A stretch of DNA of 19,758 bases from Coleofasciculus sp. B1-GNL1-01 (GCA_040220235.1 JAVJTO010000142.1); one strand, 5' to 3'; counted from the first letter of the stretch, positions 7,998 through 17,255 are shown. Translations and numbers: made by a program. Notes: generated by a model from the letters alone, not told the origin.

Positions 7998-8423
7998 GTA
8001 AGAGCGGGTTTAAGTAGGTGGGGACAATTAAAGTTAACGGTGGGGAACTCGCTTTCGCGAGAAGCAAGCTACGTCATTCGTCATACTCGCTCCCTTGAGA
8101 AGCAAGCTACGTCATTCGTTTATGTAAGGGTTTGAGGCTTGTTAACATACCTTCATAAGGTTGAGTTTATTTCCACCAACCCACTTAGAGCTTGCTTCAA
8201 AAAGCCGAAACCCATATCAAGCAATGCTTTGAGCCATATTGACAGTGGATAAAGTGCAAGAAAATGGGGTAGCATCCTTCATAAGTATGGCATCACCTTG
8301 CTCAGGGAAAATGTACCCTTGCTCCCCCAGCTTCCCCAGCTCCCCCTCACCACAACACTTATTCAGCAGCCCCTACTTAGTAAAATCTGGGTGGTAAGAA
8401 ACGATAGGGGTACAATCCGCCCT
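7998..8423. mobile_element. Nested composite: REP-like palindrome interrupted by MITE-like elements
   Basis: REP-like arms 8001-8011 and 8413-8423. Inverted ends taagtaggtg (8011) / aacccactta (8178-8187) and cctactta (8372-8379). ACTTAG direct repeat at 8183 and 8375 flanks a segment ending acttattcagcagcccc. A 38-bp-period repeat with gagaagcaagctacgtcattcgt lies at 8047-8119. Confidence 0.55.
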
Positions 8424-8433
8424 GACACCTGTC

Positions 8434-9834
8434 TCATTGATCATCACCAACAACAGGCAATAATACTTTAAACGTCGATCCTTTCCCGACTTGACTGGTT
8501 ACCGAAATCGAACCTCCACAACGCAATAATAATTGCTGCACAATGGTCAATCCCAAACCTGCTCCCATTTCTTCCCCAGGAATGGGGCGTCCTCGATAAA
8601 AACTATCAAAAATCTTGGGAATTTCACTGGCTGCAATTCCGTTTCCTGTATCCGTAAATGCCAACTGAACATATTCCCCCTGAAGACTTCCCAGTACCCT
8701 CACCTGACCTCCAGCAGGAGTAAATTTGAGACTATTGTGCAGTAAATTAATAGCAATTTGCCGTAACCAGGTTTCTAAACAGGAAACTCTCGGTAGATCA
8801 GCCGGGATCGTATAACCGACTTGAATTCCTTTCTCTTGAGCCAACGGTTGATAGGTACTCACCACACCAGGAATAATTTCTGCCAATTCCACGACAGATT
8901 TGACTCCCGCTTGGGGTTCATCGGCTTCAACTAAATCCAACAATCCCACAATTAATGAATTTTGCCGATCGCATTCACTATTGAGAAGCTGTAGGTAACG
9001 TTGACGCTGGGCGGGTTTGAGTTGCGGCGATTCCAAAAGACTCAGCGCTGTTTTCATATTCGTTAACGGAGTTTTCAGTTCCTGCGCCACTCGCCGCAAG
9101 AGTTCGTCTTTATGGCTGAGGTGATGGGTTAATTGGCTAATGGCGCTATCCTGTCCAGGTTCAGCCATTGTTCCTGACTGGAGAATTTCCGCCGTTCGTT
9201 GTAATTGTTTAACTAACACCTGGGTGATTAACGTCTTCTCATCTGTTGCTTGAACCAAGGAAAATCGGTTATCCCCTCCCGCAAGTAGCTCATCGGGCGT
9301 ACTATCCGCGATCGCAATACTTCCTCTAAGTCCCTGCAACACCCGATAGATCACTCGTCGTTCAAACGTACAAATAGCTAGCCATGATTGAGACTGATGA
9401 GGACTTTCCCCCTCAGGTAGCTGATATGCCACAATCAAACTGGTCAATTGCTCAGACAGAACTAATAGAAATGACTCCCGTTTAAGCTGGCTTCCGGCGG
9501 CTAGCTGAATCGGAAAGAGTTGAGCATCCGGGTTAACGTCTGGGTCATCCTGGGACGCGATCGCATTAGCAACTTCACCAACACAGTTACACCAATAGAG
9601 CGTTTGCGGAATATTCCTCTGTTGTTGATATCGCAACAGTTCCTCCCGCCAACCTGCAACAGATGGGGACTTCACCCAGATTGTGGCGGGAATTTGTTCT
9701 TCAATCAGGACATCAACCATGGCTCCAACCAAGGTTTTGAGTCCCACTGGACTGATTGAGAAGGACTGGGATGTTGTCAAATTATCCAGCGCTAGCTGGT
9801 AAAGGGACAAATCCGGTGTCGGTGGTGGGTTCAT
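8434..9834 (-). CDS. Sensor histidine-kinase-like protein (probable DICT-type N-terminal sensor, DHp and HATPase_c) lacking the canonical His
   Basis: 466 aa. H-box region reads VAQELKTPLTNM; N box LRQIAINLLHNSLKFT, G1 DTGNGI, F IFDSFYR, G2 GAGLGL. No evident transmembrane segment. The DICT call is from recalled family resemblance. Confidence 0.88.
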   Translation of the reverse strand: MNPPPTPDLSLYQLALDNLTTSQSFSISPVGLKTLVGAMVDVLIEEQIPATIWVKSPSVAGWREELLRYQQQRNIPQTLYWCNCVGEVANAIASQDDPDVNPDAQLFPIQLAAGSQLKRESFLLVLSEQLTSLIVAYQLPEGESPHQSQSWLAICTFERRVIYRVLQGLRGSIAIADSTPDELLAGGDNRFSLVQATDEKTLITQVLVKQLQRTAEILQSGTMAEPGQDSAISQLTHHLSHKDELLRRVAQELKTPLTNMKTALSLLESPQLKPAQRQRYLQLLNSECDRQNSLIVGLLDLVEADEPQAGVKSVVELAEIIPGVVSTYQPLAQEKGIQVGYTIPADLPRVSCLETWLRQIAINLLHNSLKFTPAGGQVRVLGSLQGEYVQLAFTDTGNGIAASEIPKIFDSFYRGRPIPGEEMGAGLGLTIVQQLLLRCGGSISVTSQVGKGSTFKVLLPVVGDDQ

Positions 9835-9848
9835 TAGGTTGCTGGAGG

Positions 9849-9887
9849 AGTTATCAGTTGTCAGTTATCAGTTATCAGTTATCAGTT
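9849..9887. repeat. Heptamer tandem repeat (AGTTATC) x5, STRR-like
   Basis: agttatc agttgtc agttatc agttatc agttatc agtt, immediately upstream of the kinase start codon. Confidence 0.92.
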
Positions 9888-10022
9888 GGACGTTTCGGCT
9901 TTTTACAGTTAGCTTGACCGAACCCAATTCTGTACGGTTTTTCCTCCTTGTCTTCTTTCCTTCCTTGTCTTCCTTGTCTTGTCCCAACCCTAAAATCAAA
10001 AACCTACACCTGTAAGGATTTC

Positions 10023-10119
10023 GTAGGGGCGGGTTTTACTACTATCGTTTGAAATGGTGCGTTACGCTACCCTTCGGGAACGCTTCGCGAACGCTAACGC
10101 ACCCTACGCCCGCCCCGAC
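10023..10119. repeat. Nested GTAG-type REP-like palindromes
   Basis: Outer arms gtaggggcggg (10023-10033) / cccgccccgac (10109-10119); inner arms ggtgcgtta (10056-10064) / taacgcacc-ctac (10095-10107); core cccttcgggaacgcttcgcgaac. Confidence 0.75.
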
Positions 10120-10126
10120 TTCACGT

Positions 10127-10181
10127 AATGACAAATGACCAATGACCAATGACCAATGACCAATGACCAATGACCAATGAC
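10127..10181. repeat. STRR2-type heptamer array (AATGACC) x8
   Basis: Eight consecutive aatgacN units; the reverse complement matches cyanobacterial STRR2 TT(G/T)GTCA. Abuts the murE stop. Confidence 0.95.
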
Positions 10182-10183
10182 GA

Positions 10184-11695
10184 TCAAGTATTTTCGCTAC
10201 GCTGAACTAGAGCTTCTCGCGCTTGTTCACGGTCATCGAAGTGAATTTTTTCGGTTCCTAAGATTTGATAATCTTCGTGACCTTTTCCGGCAATTAACAC
10301 CCCATCACCCGGTTTGGCGTCTAAGATAGCAGTACGAATCGCTGTGGCGCGATCGCTAATTACGATTGGCTCTACAGTCTCTGGAATTCCTGCTAAGATA
10401 TCTTGAATAATCCGTTCTGGGTCTTCGGTACGAGGATTATCGGAGGTCACTACGGCGACGTCGGCTAATTCTGCACCAATTTTTCCCATCTTCGGACGCT
10501 TAGTGCGATCGCGATCGCCTCCACATCCAAATACGCAAATCATTCTCCCCTGAATAAACGGTCGGGAGGCTTTGAGCAGGTTCTCTAAACTATCTGGTGT
10601 ATGGGCATAATCGACAATTACGCTAATATCCTGATCCGGTTGAAGTTGCACCCGTTCCATCCGCCCTGGTACTCCCGGAAATTGGTTTAAGGCGGTGACT
10701 ACTGTTTTTAAATCTAACCCTAAATTTAACACTGCACCAATAGCCGCCAAGACATTGGACAAATTGTACTGACCCACCAGGGGAGAATTGAACGTCACTT
10801 CACCCATTGGCGTATGCAGCGTTCCTTTAACACCAATCAGTGTATAGGTCAAGTCACTCGTATACAAATCTGCCGAGGGATCTTGAACACTGTAACTCCA
10901 GGTGCGATCGCGTCCAACTTGTTCGATTAAGCGCTTACCGTAGGGATCATCAGCATTGATAATCGCTTTGCCGTGGAGATAATCGGCATTAAACAATAAT
11001 GCCTTTGCCGCAAAATAATCCTCCATGTCGCGGTGGAAATCCAAATGGTCTTGGGTGAGATTGGTAAATACAGCGACATCAAACTCACAGCCTAACACCC
11101 GACCTTGTGCTAAGGCATGGGAACTGACTTCCATCACTCCTAACTCACAGCCTGCTGCTACCGCTGAATGTAACTGCTGTTGCAGTTCTACGGGAAACGG
11201 TGTGGTGTGAACCGCCGTTTGGGAAAATCCTTGCCATCGGGCATAAAGGGTACCAAACAGGGCAGTGGGACGTTGGGCTTCCTTGAGCAGAAATTCAATC
11301 AGATGGGTTGTCGTGGTTTTGCCATTCGTACCCGTAACGCCAACTAACTGAAGCTGGCGGGTGGGGTAGTCATAGAACGCCGCCGCTGCTTGGGCGCAGG
11401 CTACTGTCATGTCAATGGCACAGATAATGCAGGGCGGTTCAGCATCAGGTTGCGGCTGAGGTGGGTGTTTTTGTGCCGCTTGGGGAGAAATTAACGCCGC
11501 GACAGCACCCGAGGCGATCGCACTTTGCCAAAATTCTCCACCATCAACACGGGTTCCGGGCATGCCAATAAACAAATTTCCCGGTTGACAGGCGTGGGAA
11601 TTGGTACAGATTCCCGTGATTTGGGCGTCAAGTGCAGGATGATTCGGCATTTCCACCACGTTAGGAATTGCCCTGAGTAGGTCATGTAGCTTCAT
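10184..11695 (-). CDS. murE: UDP-N-acetylmuramoyl-L-alanyl-D-glutamate--2,6-diaminopimelate ligase
   Basis: 503 aa with GVTGTNGKTTT P-loop, MEVSSHAL, TNLTQDHLDFH, GRME, VDYAHTPD, FGCGGDRD, the DNPR meso-DAP specificity motif and AGKGHE. Confidence 0.98.
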   Translation of the reverse strand: MKLHDLLRAIPNVVEMPNHPALDAQITGICTNSHACQPGNLFIGMPGTRVDGGEFWQSAIASGAVAALISPQAAQKHPPQPQPDAEPPCIICAIDMTVACAQAAAAFYDYPTRQLQLVGVTGTNGKTTTTHLIEFLLKEAQRPTALFGTLYARWQGFSQTAVHTTPFPVELQQQLHSAVAAGCELGVMEVSSHALAQGRVLGCEFDVAVFTNLTQDHLDFHRDMEDYFAAKALLFNADYLHGKAIINADDPYGKRLIEQVGRDRTWSYSVQDPSADLYTSDLTYTLIGVKGTLHTPMGEVTFNSPLVGQYNLSNVLAAIGAVLNLGLDLKTVVTALNQFPGVPGRMERVQLQPDQDISVIVDYAHTPDSLENLLKASRPFIQGRMICVFGCGGDRDRTKRPKMGKIGAELADVAVVTSDNPRTEDPERIIQDILAGIPETVEPIVISDRATAIRTAILDAKPGDGVLIAGKGHEDYQILGTEKIHFDDREQAREALVQRSENT

Positions 11696-11704
11696 CTCAA
11701 TTAA

Positions 11705-11710
11705 CTCCTC
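11705..11710 (-). promoter_or_regulatory. Shine-Dalgarno site for murE
   Basis: GAGGAG on the minus strand, 9 nt upstream of the ATG. Confidence 0.6.
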
Positions 11711-11978
11711 ACGACGAGAGGGATAGCGGCAACGGAGAACTTCAGATTAGCACTGCTATAAAGGCGATTTCAAAACTGGAATTGAGGTGAGTAAATTTTC
11801 GCGTATTTCGACTAAAGAAGTGATTTGAGTGTAAAAACGCGATCGCGTCTGTGTAATCCTACCAAGCAACAGCAGTATCAAGACAGGTTAGGACATTCTG
11901 TACTGTTCCCTGTTCCCTCTTGGGATCAACTGATGTCCTTTCCGTTCGTATACCCAGTCGGCTGCTGTTCTTTCCGGC

Positions 11979-12242
11979 TTACAAATATTTCTGTAACATT
12001 TTCTCTAACTGCGGCACACTCAAACGGGGTGAAGGGCGAGGAAGCGGTGTTTCTTTTCCATCTTTGTGATAACAAAGCACTGGCACTTGATATTGATACG
12101 CCTCGAACCAATCGTCCCGCTGGGTAATGTCCCGTACCTCTAGCTGAAAATCTAACTGTTGAACTTGTTCCAGCTTTTCTTGTAACCCTTCGCACAGGTG
12201 GCAACCCGGTTTGCTGTACAAAATTAAGGTGTCATTCGTCAT
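11979..12242 (-). CDS. Glutaredoxin-like protein (DUF836 type)
   Basis: 87 aa; LYSKPGCHLCE (CxxC), VRDI, YQYQVPVL, LPRPSPR. Confidence 0.9.
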   Translation of the reverse strand: MTNDTLILYSKPGCHLCEGLQEKLEQVQQLDFQLEVRDITQRDDWFEAYQYQVPVLCYHKDGKETPLPRPSPRLSVPQLEKMLQKYL

Positions 12243-12396
12243 TGGTTATTGGTCAACAGCATCTAGAGTAATGAAGATGGGGAAGCTTTGAGTGGGAGCG
12301 GTTTGGATTAACACCCAACTCCCGGACGGCGTCCGGCTGGGTTTCGCTAACGCTAACATCCACCTGTGTCCCATCACCTTTTTCCCAATTGTAGAG

Positions 12397-12470
12397 CGCC
12401 CTCGGTAGGACTCGAACCCACGGCCAAAGGATTAGAAATCCCTTGCTCTATCCACCTGAGCTACGAGGGC
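12397..12470 (-). tRNA. tRNA-Arg(TCT)
   Basis: The minus strand folds as GCCCTCG-TA-GCTC-AGGTGGATA-GAGC-A-AGGGA-TT[TCT]AA-TCCTT-TGGCC-GTGGG-TTCGAGT-CCTAC-CGAGGGC-G; 74 nt, CCA not encoded. Confidence 0.97.
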
Positions 12471-12916
12471 ATAGATTTATAATACAAAAATTAAACCCCT
12501 AACTGGCAATATTCATTGTAGTTCAGGGTAGCAGAAATATAGGATATCGTTGATGATTGTAACATTGTAGCCGACATTGGTTTTTGCGTGTGCGAGGTGT
12601 TTGTCTCAATATTTGAGAAAACTAAAGACTCAAGCAGCTTAAGGTCAAGGTAAACTACTATAGACCAACATAGATAATGGATCAAAACTTGTGTCAACTA
12701 TCCCACTCATACCTTGGGGCACGGATGAGGTATCCAGCCGCGACAAACAGATGAGTTGTCAGTTTAGGAGATTGGCTCACAAACTGGATGTGCTTCTGTG
12801 TCACTCGCCCAAGTCCCAGACAAGACCAGACAAGACAGACAAGAAAGATGGTTAACTAGATTACAGCTCGTCCTGTAGCATCACCCTAGCCCGGTCAGGA
12901 GTCATTTGCCAGTGTT

Positions 12917-13576
12917 ATGTTTATTCTGAAAAGGCAGGATGTTGAAATTTCTAGCATTCAGCACCCGAAGCGAGAGCAGCAAATCCCGATTCTCAGTTAT
13001 CAAGGGCAAACCTTTCGCCTAATTAGCGTATTTCGCGCTCATCAGGAAGAAGAAGCCCGCTCCTTCTGGCGAGATTTGACAGATAATCAGGGAAAAGCTT
13101 GTGTTTTACTAGAAGAACCTGACCGCTTTAGTGTGTGGGGAAAAATTCGTCTAGAGCAATTAGGTACAGAAGGCGGTCCGGATACCAAAATTGCTCCCTA
13201 TACCCAAGCCTGTCTCCTACTGCTGCAAACAGTTTACCTGGATGTTGAAGATTTACTTGGAAATAGGCAAGCGGGATTGTTTCAGAAGGATATCACGGAC
13301 GTCTTTCAACAGTGGCATTTTCCCCAAGCCGATTCGCCGGAAGCCGTGAATCACTTACTGACTGTCGATCCGCTCAACACCCTACAAGTTCCACCGTGGG
13401 AAGAACACCATCTGATTACCCTATTGCAGGAACTCTATCGCTTGGGGAAGGAATACTTTGGCAATGCGAATTTTGCCGAAGGAGTGGGCGATATCTTGCA
13501 GGATATGCCAGCCAATGAGCAAAGTCAGTTTATGGAGTGGCTCAAATCTTCTCCCCTAGGAAAGTTGTGGCAATAA
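12917..13576 (+). CDS. Conserved cyanobacterial hypothetical protein (resembles Npun_F0813 family)
   Basis: 219-aa ORF; N-terminus MFILKRQDVEI...YQGQTFRLISVF...WRDLTDNQGKACVLLEE recognised from memory as this family. Confidence 0.8.
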   Translation: MFILKRQDVEISSIQHPKREQQIPILSYQGQTFRLISVFRAHQEEEARSFWRDLTDNQGKACVLLEEPDRFSVWGKIRLEQLGTEGGPDTKIAPYTQACLLLLQTVYLDVEDLLGNRQAGLFQKDITDVFQQWHFPQADSPEAVNHLLTVDPLNTLQVPPWEEHHLITLLQELYRLGKEYFGNANFAEGVGDILQDMPANEQSQFMEWLKSSPLGKLWQ

Positions 13577-13711
13577 TAGAACGTCAAGGGTAAATAAATG
13601 TATCATGGATGATTGCCAAGATGGAATTTTAGGACATCAGCCGCTAAGTTTATAAATAAGTATTGCTTACGTAATTGCCATTGTTAGAGAGTTCAAAATA
13701 AAGAAAGCATT

Positions 13712-14752
13712 ATGAGCAGCTCTGTAGATAAGTCATCTGGAACTCAATCCCTACTCACAGGTCAGAATATCGTCTATCTAGGAATTGGGTGGGCAGTAGT
13801 GTCTATGCTGTTTTTTCTACTGTTTAGCGTCAAACCACCGGGAGAAGAGTATCCCTTTTGGTACTCCTTTAGCACATACATTCTGGAGTGTTTACCCTTC
13901 TTAGGAGCTGCATTACTCTGCTATAGAAATTGGCGTAGCCCTCAGATTGCCAGTGGACGCAATGTCTGGCTGGGAATTGGTTTAGGTATGCTTTTTTACT
14001 TTATCGCCAACTTGATATTTGGCGTATGGGAGCTATACTTTGGTCTTGACCCTGATGTATCCCCTGCCGATTTCTTTTACGTGATTTCTTATATCTGTAT
14101 TGGTTGGGGCATGATTTTAGCCGTTCTGCCGAGGCGCTTAAATTTAGAGTGGAAGCAGTGGGTAACGGTGGGATTAATCGCTGCTTTGGGGATTGCTTTA
14201 GCCGTTTGGGTTTTATTAGCTCCTCCTGTAGCCGTAGAGTCAGAGGCTGACAATTCTGTCTTGCCAACAACTGAGTCAGCAACAGCGACAGTATCCCCCC
14301 GATTTGTGGCTTCTCTTTCACTACAGGTGGCAGTTAGCCCACCTGAAGCTGCTGCAACAACTGAAGCTGAGGTTCCTGAAACTGGTAATTTGCCCGGTTG
14401 GGTTATTTCCCTGGATCAAGCCCTGAGTCCTTTATCCAAAACGTTGAATTTTATATACATCGTTTTTGATGTCTTCCTACTCATCATTGCCTCAACACTT
14501 TTGTTAGCATTTTGGGGGGGGCGCTTTGCCCAATCATGGCGCATGATTGCCGCAGCAACATTTTCCCTATACATTGCGGATATGGGGTTTAAAGCTTATG
14601 GCACTCTGGCTCAGGCTCGTGGTCAGGACTATGAAAGTGGGGGTCTCCTAGATGTCTTCTTTATATTTAGTGCCTTACTTTTTGCCATAGGCGCTGCCCT
14701 GGAATATGACGTATCCAGTCGTTCTCGTCGCGGTTCACGTCGGCGAACTTAA
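13712..14752 (+). CDS. Integral membrane protein of unknown function
   Basis: 346 aa; about 7-8 hydrophobic segments interrupted by a low-complexity A/T/E/P/S loop; basic C-terminal tail SRRGSRRRT. Confidence 0.85.
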   Translation: MSSSVDKSSGTQSLLTGQNIVYLGIGWAVVSMLFFLLFSVKPPGEEYPFWYSFSTYILECLPFLGAALLCYRNWRSPQIASGRNVWLGIGLGMLFYFIANLIFGVWELYFGLDPDVSPADFFYVISYICIGWGMILAVLPRRLNLEWKQWVTVGLIAALGIALAVWVLLAPPVAVESEADNSVLPTTESATATVSPRFVASLSLQVAVSPPEAAATTEAEVPETGNLPGWVISLDQALSPLSKTLNFIYIVFDVFLLIIASTLLLAFWGGRFAQSWRMIAAATFSLYIADMGFKAYGTLAQARGQDYESGGLLDVFFIFSALLFAIGAALEYDVSSRSRRGSRRRT

Positions 14753-14761
14753 AAATTAGCT

Positions 14762-15781
14762 ATGAGTCCAAGAAAATTAACTGAAACCGATAAAAAAAAT
14801 ATTTTGAACTTGTATCGACAGCCAGAAGAGACAACCTCAACCCTGGCTGATCGTTATGGTGTCAGTAATTCAACGATTAGCCGCCTGCTCAAAAGCACGT
14901 TGTTGGAGTCGGACTATGAAGCCCTCATCCAGCAAAAGCGAGCTAATCGCACGCCAGGGTCAGGGACATCAGCGACGAAGCCAAAACCCAAGTTAGTGGA
15001 GCGGATTGAACCTAAATCGTTGTCGGTTTCTCCCTCTCCCCAACCCTCGATACAATCGCAAGAGGAAAAATCAGAAGAGGAAGAATCAGAAGAGGAAGAA
15101 TCAGGATTTGAGTATCCCAATCAACGTCGGCGGCGCAAACGTTCTTCTGTAACTGATCAATCTGATGCAGAATCCCAGGCAAAACAAGGTGAGTTGCCTC
15201 TGGAGTTTAATCGAACAGAAACTCAAAGGGATACAGAAGACTCAGAAGATCTGCTTGAAGAAATGGATCAGGCAGAAACCAGCCACCTAAAGGATTTATT
15301 AGATGAAGATTTAATGGATTTAGACGAGGATTTAGATGAGGATTTGGATGAGGATTTAGATGAGGATTTTGAGGAGGATTGGGACGAAGACGAGGATGAG
15401 GACGATATTGCTACTCCAGAACCTCTGACGACGACTCATGTTCCCAGGGGGGCAAATATTCAGGTTTTACCCCTGTCGGAAGCTTCTTTTCCGAAACCCT
15501 GCTATTTAGTGATAGACCGAGCATCCGAGTTAATTGCACGACCTCTGCGAGAATTTAGTGACTTGGGAGGTATTCCGGCTGAGGAAGTCCAGCAACAAAC
15601 TTTGCCAGTTTTTGATAATCATCGGGTGGCACGACGCTTTTCCAACCGTTCCCAGCGTGTGATTAAAGTGCCTGATGGGAAAATGTTGCAGAAAACCTGT
15701 TCTTATTTACAAGCCAAAGGCATTACCCGCCTTTTGATTGATGGTCAGGTCTATTCATTGTTAACCGCATCTTTAATTTGA
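14762..15781 (+). CDS. Helix-turn-helix protein with long acidic linker and a globular-looking C-terminal region
   Basis: 339 aa; N-terminal HTH-like TTSTLADRYGVSNSTISRLLK; D/E-rich tract; C-terminal CYLVIDRASEL...LPVFDNHRVARRFS...KGITRLLIDGQVYSL. Starts 9 nt after the upstream stop. Confidence 0.85.
   Translation: MSPRKLTETDKKNILNLYRQPEETTSTLADRYGVSNSTISRLLKSTLLESDYEALIQQKRANRTPGSGTSATKPKPKLVERIEPKSLSVSPSPQPSIQSQEEKSEEEESEEEESGFEYPNQRRRRKRSSVTDQSDAESQAKQGELPLEFNRTETQRDTEDSEDLLEEMDQAETSHLKDLLDEDLMDLDEDLDEDLDEDLDEDFEEDWDEDEDEDDIATPEPLTTTHVPRGANIQVLPLSEASFPKPCYLVIDRASELIARPLREFSDLGGIPAEEVQQQTLPVFDNHRVARRFSNRSQRVIKVPDGKMLQKTCSYLQAKGITRLLIDGQVYSLLTASLI
15293..15405 (+). repeat. Degenerate 12-bp coding repeat (gatttagatgag; DLDE)
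   Basis: Encodes DLLDEDLMDLDEDLDEDLDEDLDEDFEEDWDEDEDEDD. Confidence 0.85.
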
Positions 15782-15814
15782 ATAGGATGAATAGGAGCAG
15801 ATTTTGTCAGTTGT

Positions 15815-15882
15815 CGTCATTCGTCATTTGTCATTGGTCAGGCAATAGGCAATAGGCAATAGGCAATAGGCAATAGGCAATA
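15815..15882. repeat. STRR2-like tract followed by (GGCAATA) x6
   Basis: gtcattcgtcatttgtcattggtca, then six perfect ggcaata units at 15841-15882. Confidence 0.93.
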
Positions 15883-15969
15883 GGTAACACCTCGACTTAC
15901 CTCGACTTCGCTCGGTAACACGCTCGGTGTGTCTTATGCAATAGGGTAATGGGTTATAGAAATTTTGTC

Positions 15970-16017
15970 TCCCAGCTCCCCCAGCTTCCCCTGCTCCTCC
16001 TTCTCCCCCTGCTCCCA
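15970..16017. repeat. Degenerate nonamer repeat (cccagctcc-like)
   Basis: cccagctcc cccagcttc ccctgctcc ...; related tracts at about 8320-8346 and, inverted, at 19538-19580. Confidence 0.7.
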
Positions 16018-16077
16018 GAAGGTTCCATCGGTGTGGCACAATAAAAGGCGTGATTTATCGGTTATCAGGTAATCAAA

Positions 16078-17172
16078 GTGAGTCTGACTGCCCAAGCCCC
16101 TAAGACTGCTCGTCGCGTCGTTTTTCCGTTTACCGCCATCGTAGGTCAAGAAGAAATGAAGCTGGCTCTCCTGCTGAATGTCATTGACCCCAAAATTGGT
16201 GGAGTAATGATTATGGGCGATCGCGGTACGGGTAAGTCCACCACCATTCGGGCGTTGGCTGACTTGTTGCCGGAAATTGAGGTGGTTGCCGACGATCCCT
16301 TCAATAGTGATCCCAACGAACCCGACTGGATGAATAGTAATGGAGGAGTACAATCTGATTCAACAGTCAAGAAAAAAGTTCCGATGGTTGATCTGCCCTT
16401 GGGCGCAACCGAAGACCGAGTGTGCGGCACGATTGATATTGAAAAGGCATTAGCCGAAGGGGTGAAAGCCTTTGAACCCGGACTGTTAGCTAAAGCCAAT
16501 CGCGGTATTCTCTATGTCGATGAAGTGAATCTACTTGACGATCACCTCGTTGATGTGCTACTCGACTCCGCTGCTAGTGGTTGGAATACCGTCGAACGAG
16601 AAGGCATTTCCATTCGCCATCCGGCTCGTTTTGTGTTGGTGGGTTCTGGCAACCCGGAAGAAGGAGAACTGCGTCCGCAACTCCTGGATCGTTTCGGCAT
16701 GCACGCGGAAATCCGCACCGTCAAAGAGCCAGCGCTGCGGGTCAAAATTGTGGAGGAACGCGCCGCGTTTGACAAAAATCCCTTGGATTACATCAAAGAA
16801 CACCAAGCAGCCCAAGAGACGTTGCAGCAGCAAATTGTCACAGCCCAGGCGCAACTCCCCCAAGTGGAAATGGACTACGACATGCGGGTGAATATTTCTG
16901 AGGTTTGCTCAGAATTGGATGTCGATGGATTGCGAGGGGATATTGTCACCAACCGGGCTGCTAAAGCCTTAGCTGCTTTTGAAGGGCGCACAGAAGTCAC
17001 CGTGGATGATATTCGCCGGGTGATTACGTTATGCTTACGCCACCGCTTGCGGAAAGACCCCTTGGAGTCGATTGACTCAGGCTATAAGGTGCAAAAAACC
17101 TTCTGTCGTGTATTTGGGGTGGAGGTAGAATCAGAAGCGGATGCCGCCATGGCAGCGAGTGCTTCTCGTTAA
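16078..17172 (+). CDS. chlI: Magnesium-protoporphyrin IX chelatase ATPase subunit I
   Basis: 364 aa, GTG start; [17 protein letters not shown], Walker [58 protein letters not shown]. Confidence 0.98.
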   Translation: MSLTAQAPKTARRVVFPFTAIVGQEEMKLALLLNVIDPKIGGVMIMGDRGTGKSTTIRALADLLPEIEVVADDPFNSDPNEPDWMNSNGGVQSDSTVKKKVPMVDLPLGATEDRVCGTIDIEKALAEGVKAFEPGLLAKANRGILYVDEVNLLDDHLVDVLLDSAASGWNTVEREGISIRHPARFVLVGSGNPEEGELRPQLLDRFGMHAEIRTVKEPALRVKIVEERAAFDKNPLDYIKEHQAAQETLQQQIVTAQAQLPQVEMDYDMRVNISEVCSELDVDGLRGDIVTNRAAKALAAFEGRTEVTVDDIRRVITLCLRHRLRKDPLESIDSGYKVQKTFCRVFGVEVESEADAAMAASASR

Positions 17173-17255
17173 GGTGTCTTTGGGGGTGTATTCCCCCACT
17201 CCGGGGACGGCTTTGCCCTCGTCCCCTAACCCCTTCTCCAGCTCCCCTTAACCAA

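Noticed and set aside
8047..8119. CRISPR-like direct repeat
   Set aside because: Only two copies with a 38-bp period and no proper spacer; better explained as a REP-like unit plus STRR.
12397..12470. tRNA as integration site of an island
   Set aside because: No duplicated tRNA 3' end or integrase is seen, and the flanking genes look like core genes.
14762..15781. Transposase call for the HTH protein
   Set aside because: No evident DDE or HUH catalytic region and no terminal repeats; it sits tightly behind a membrane-protein gene.
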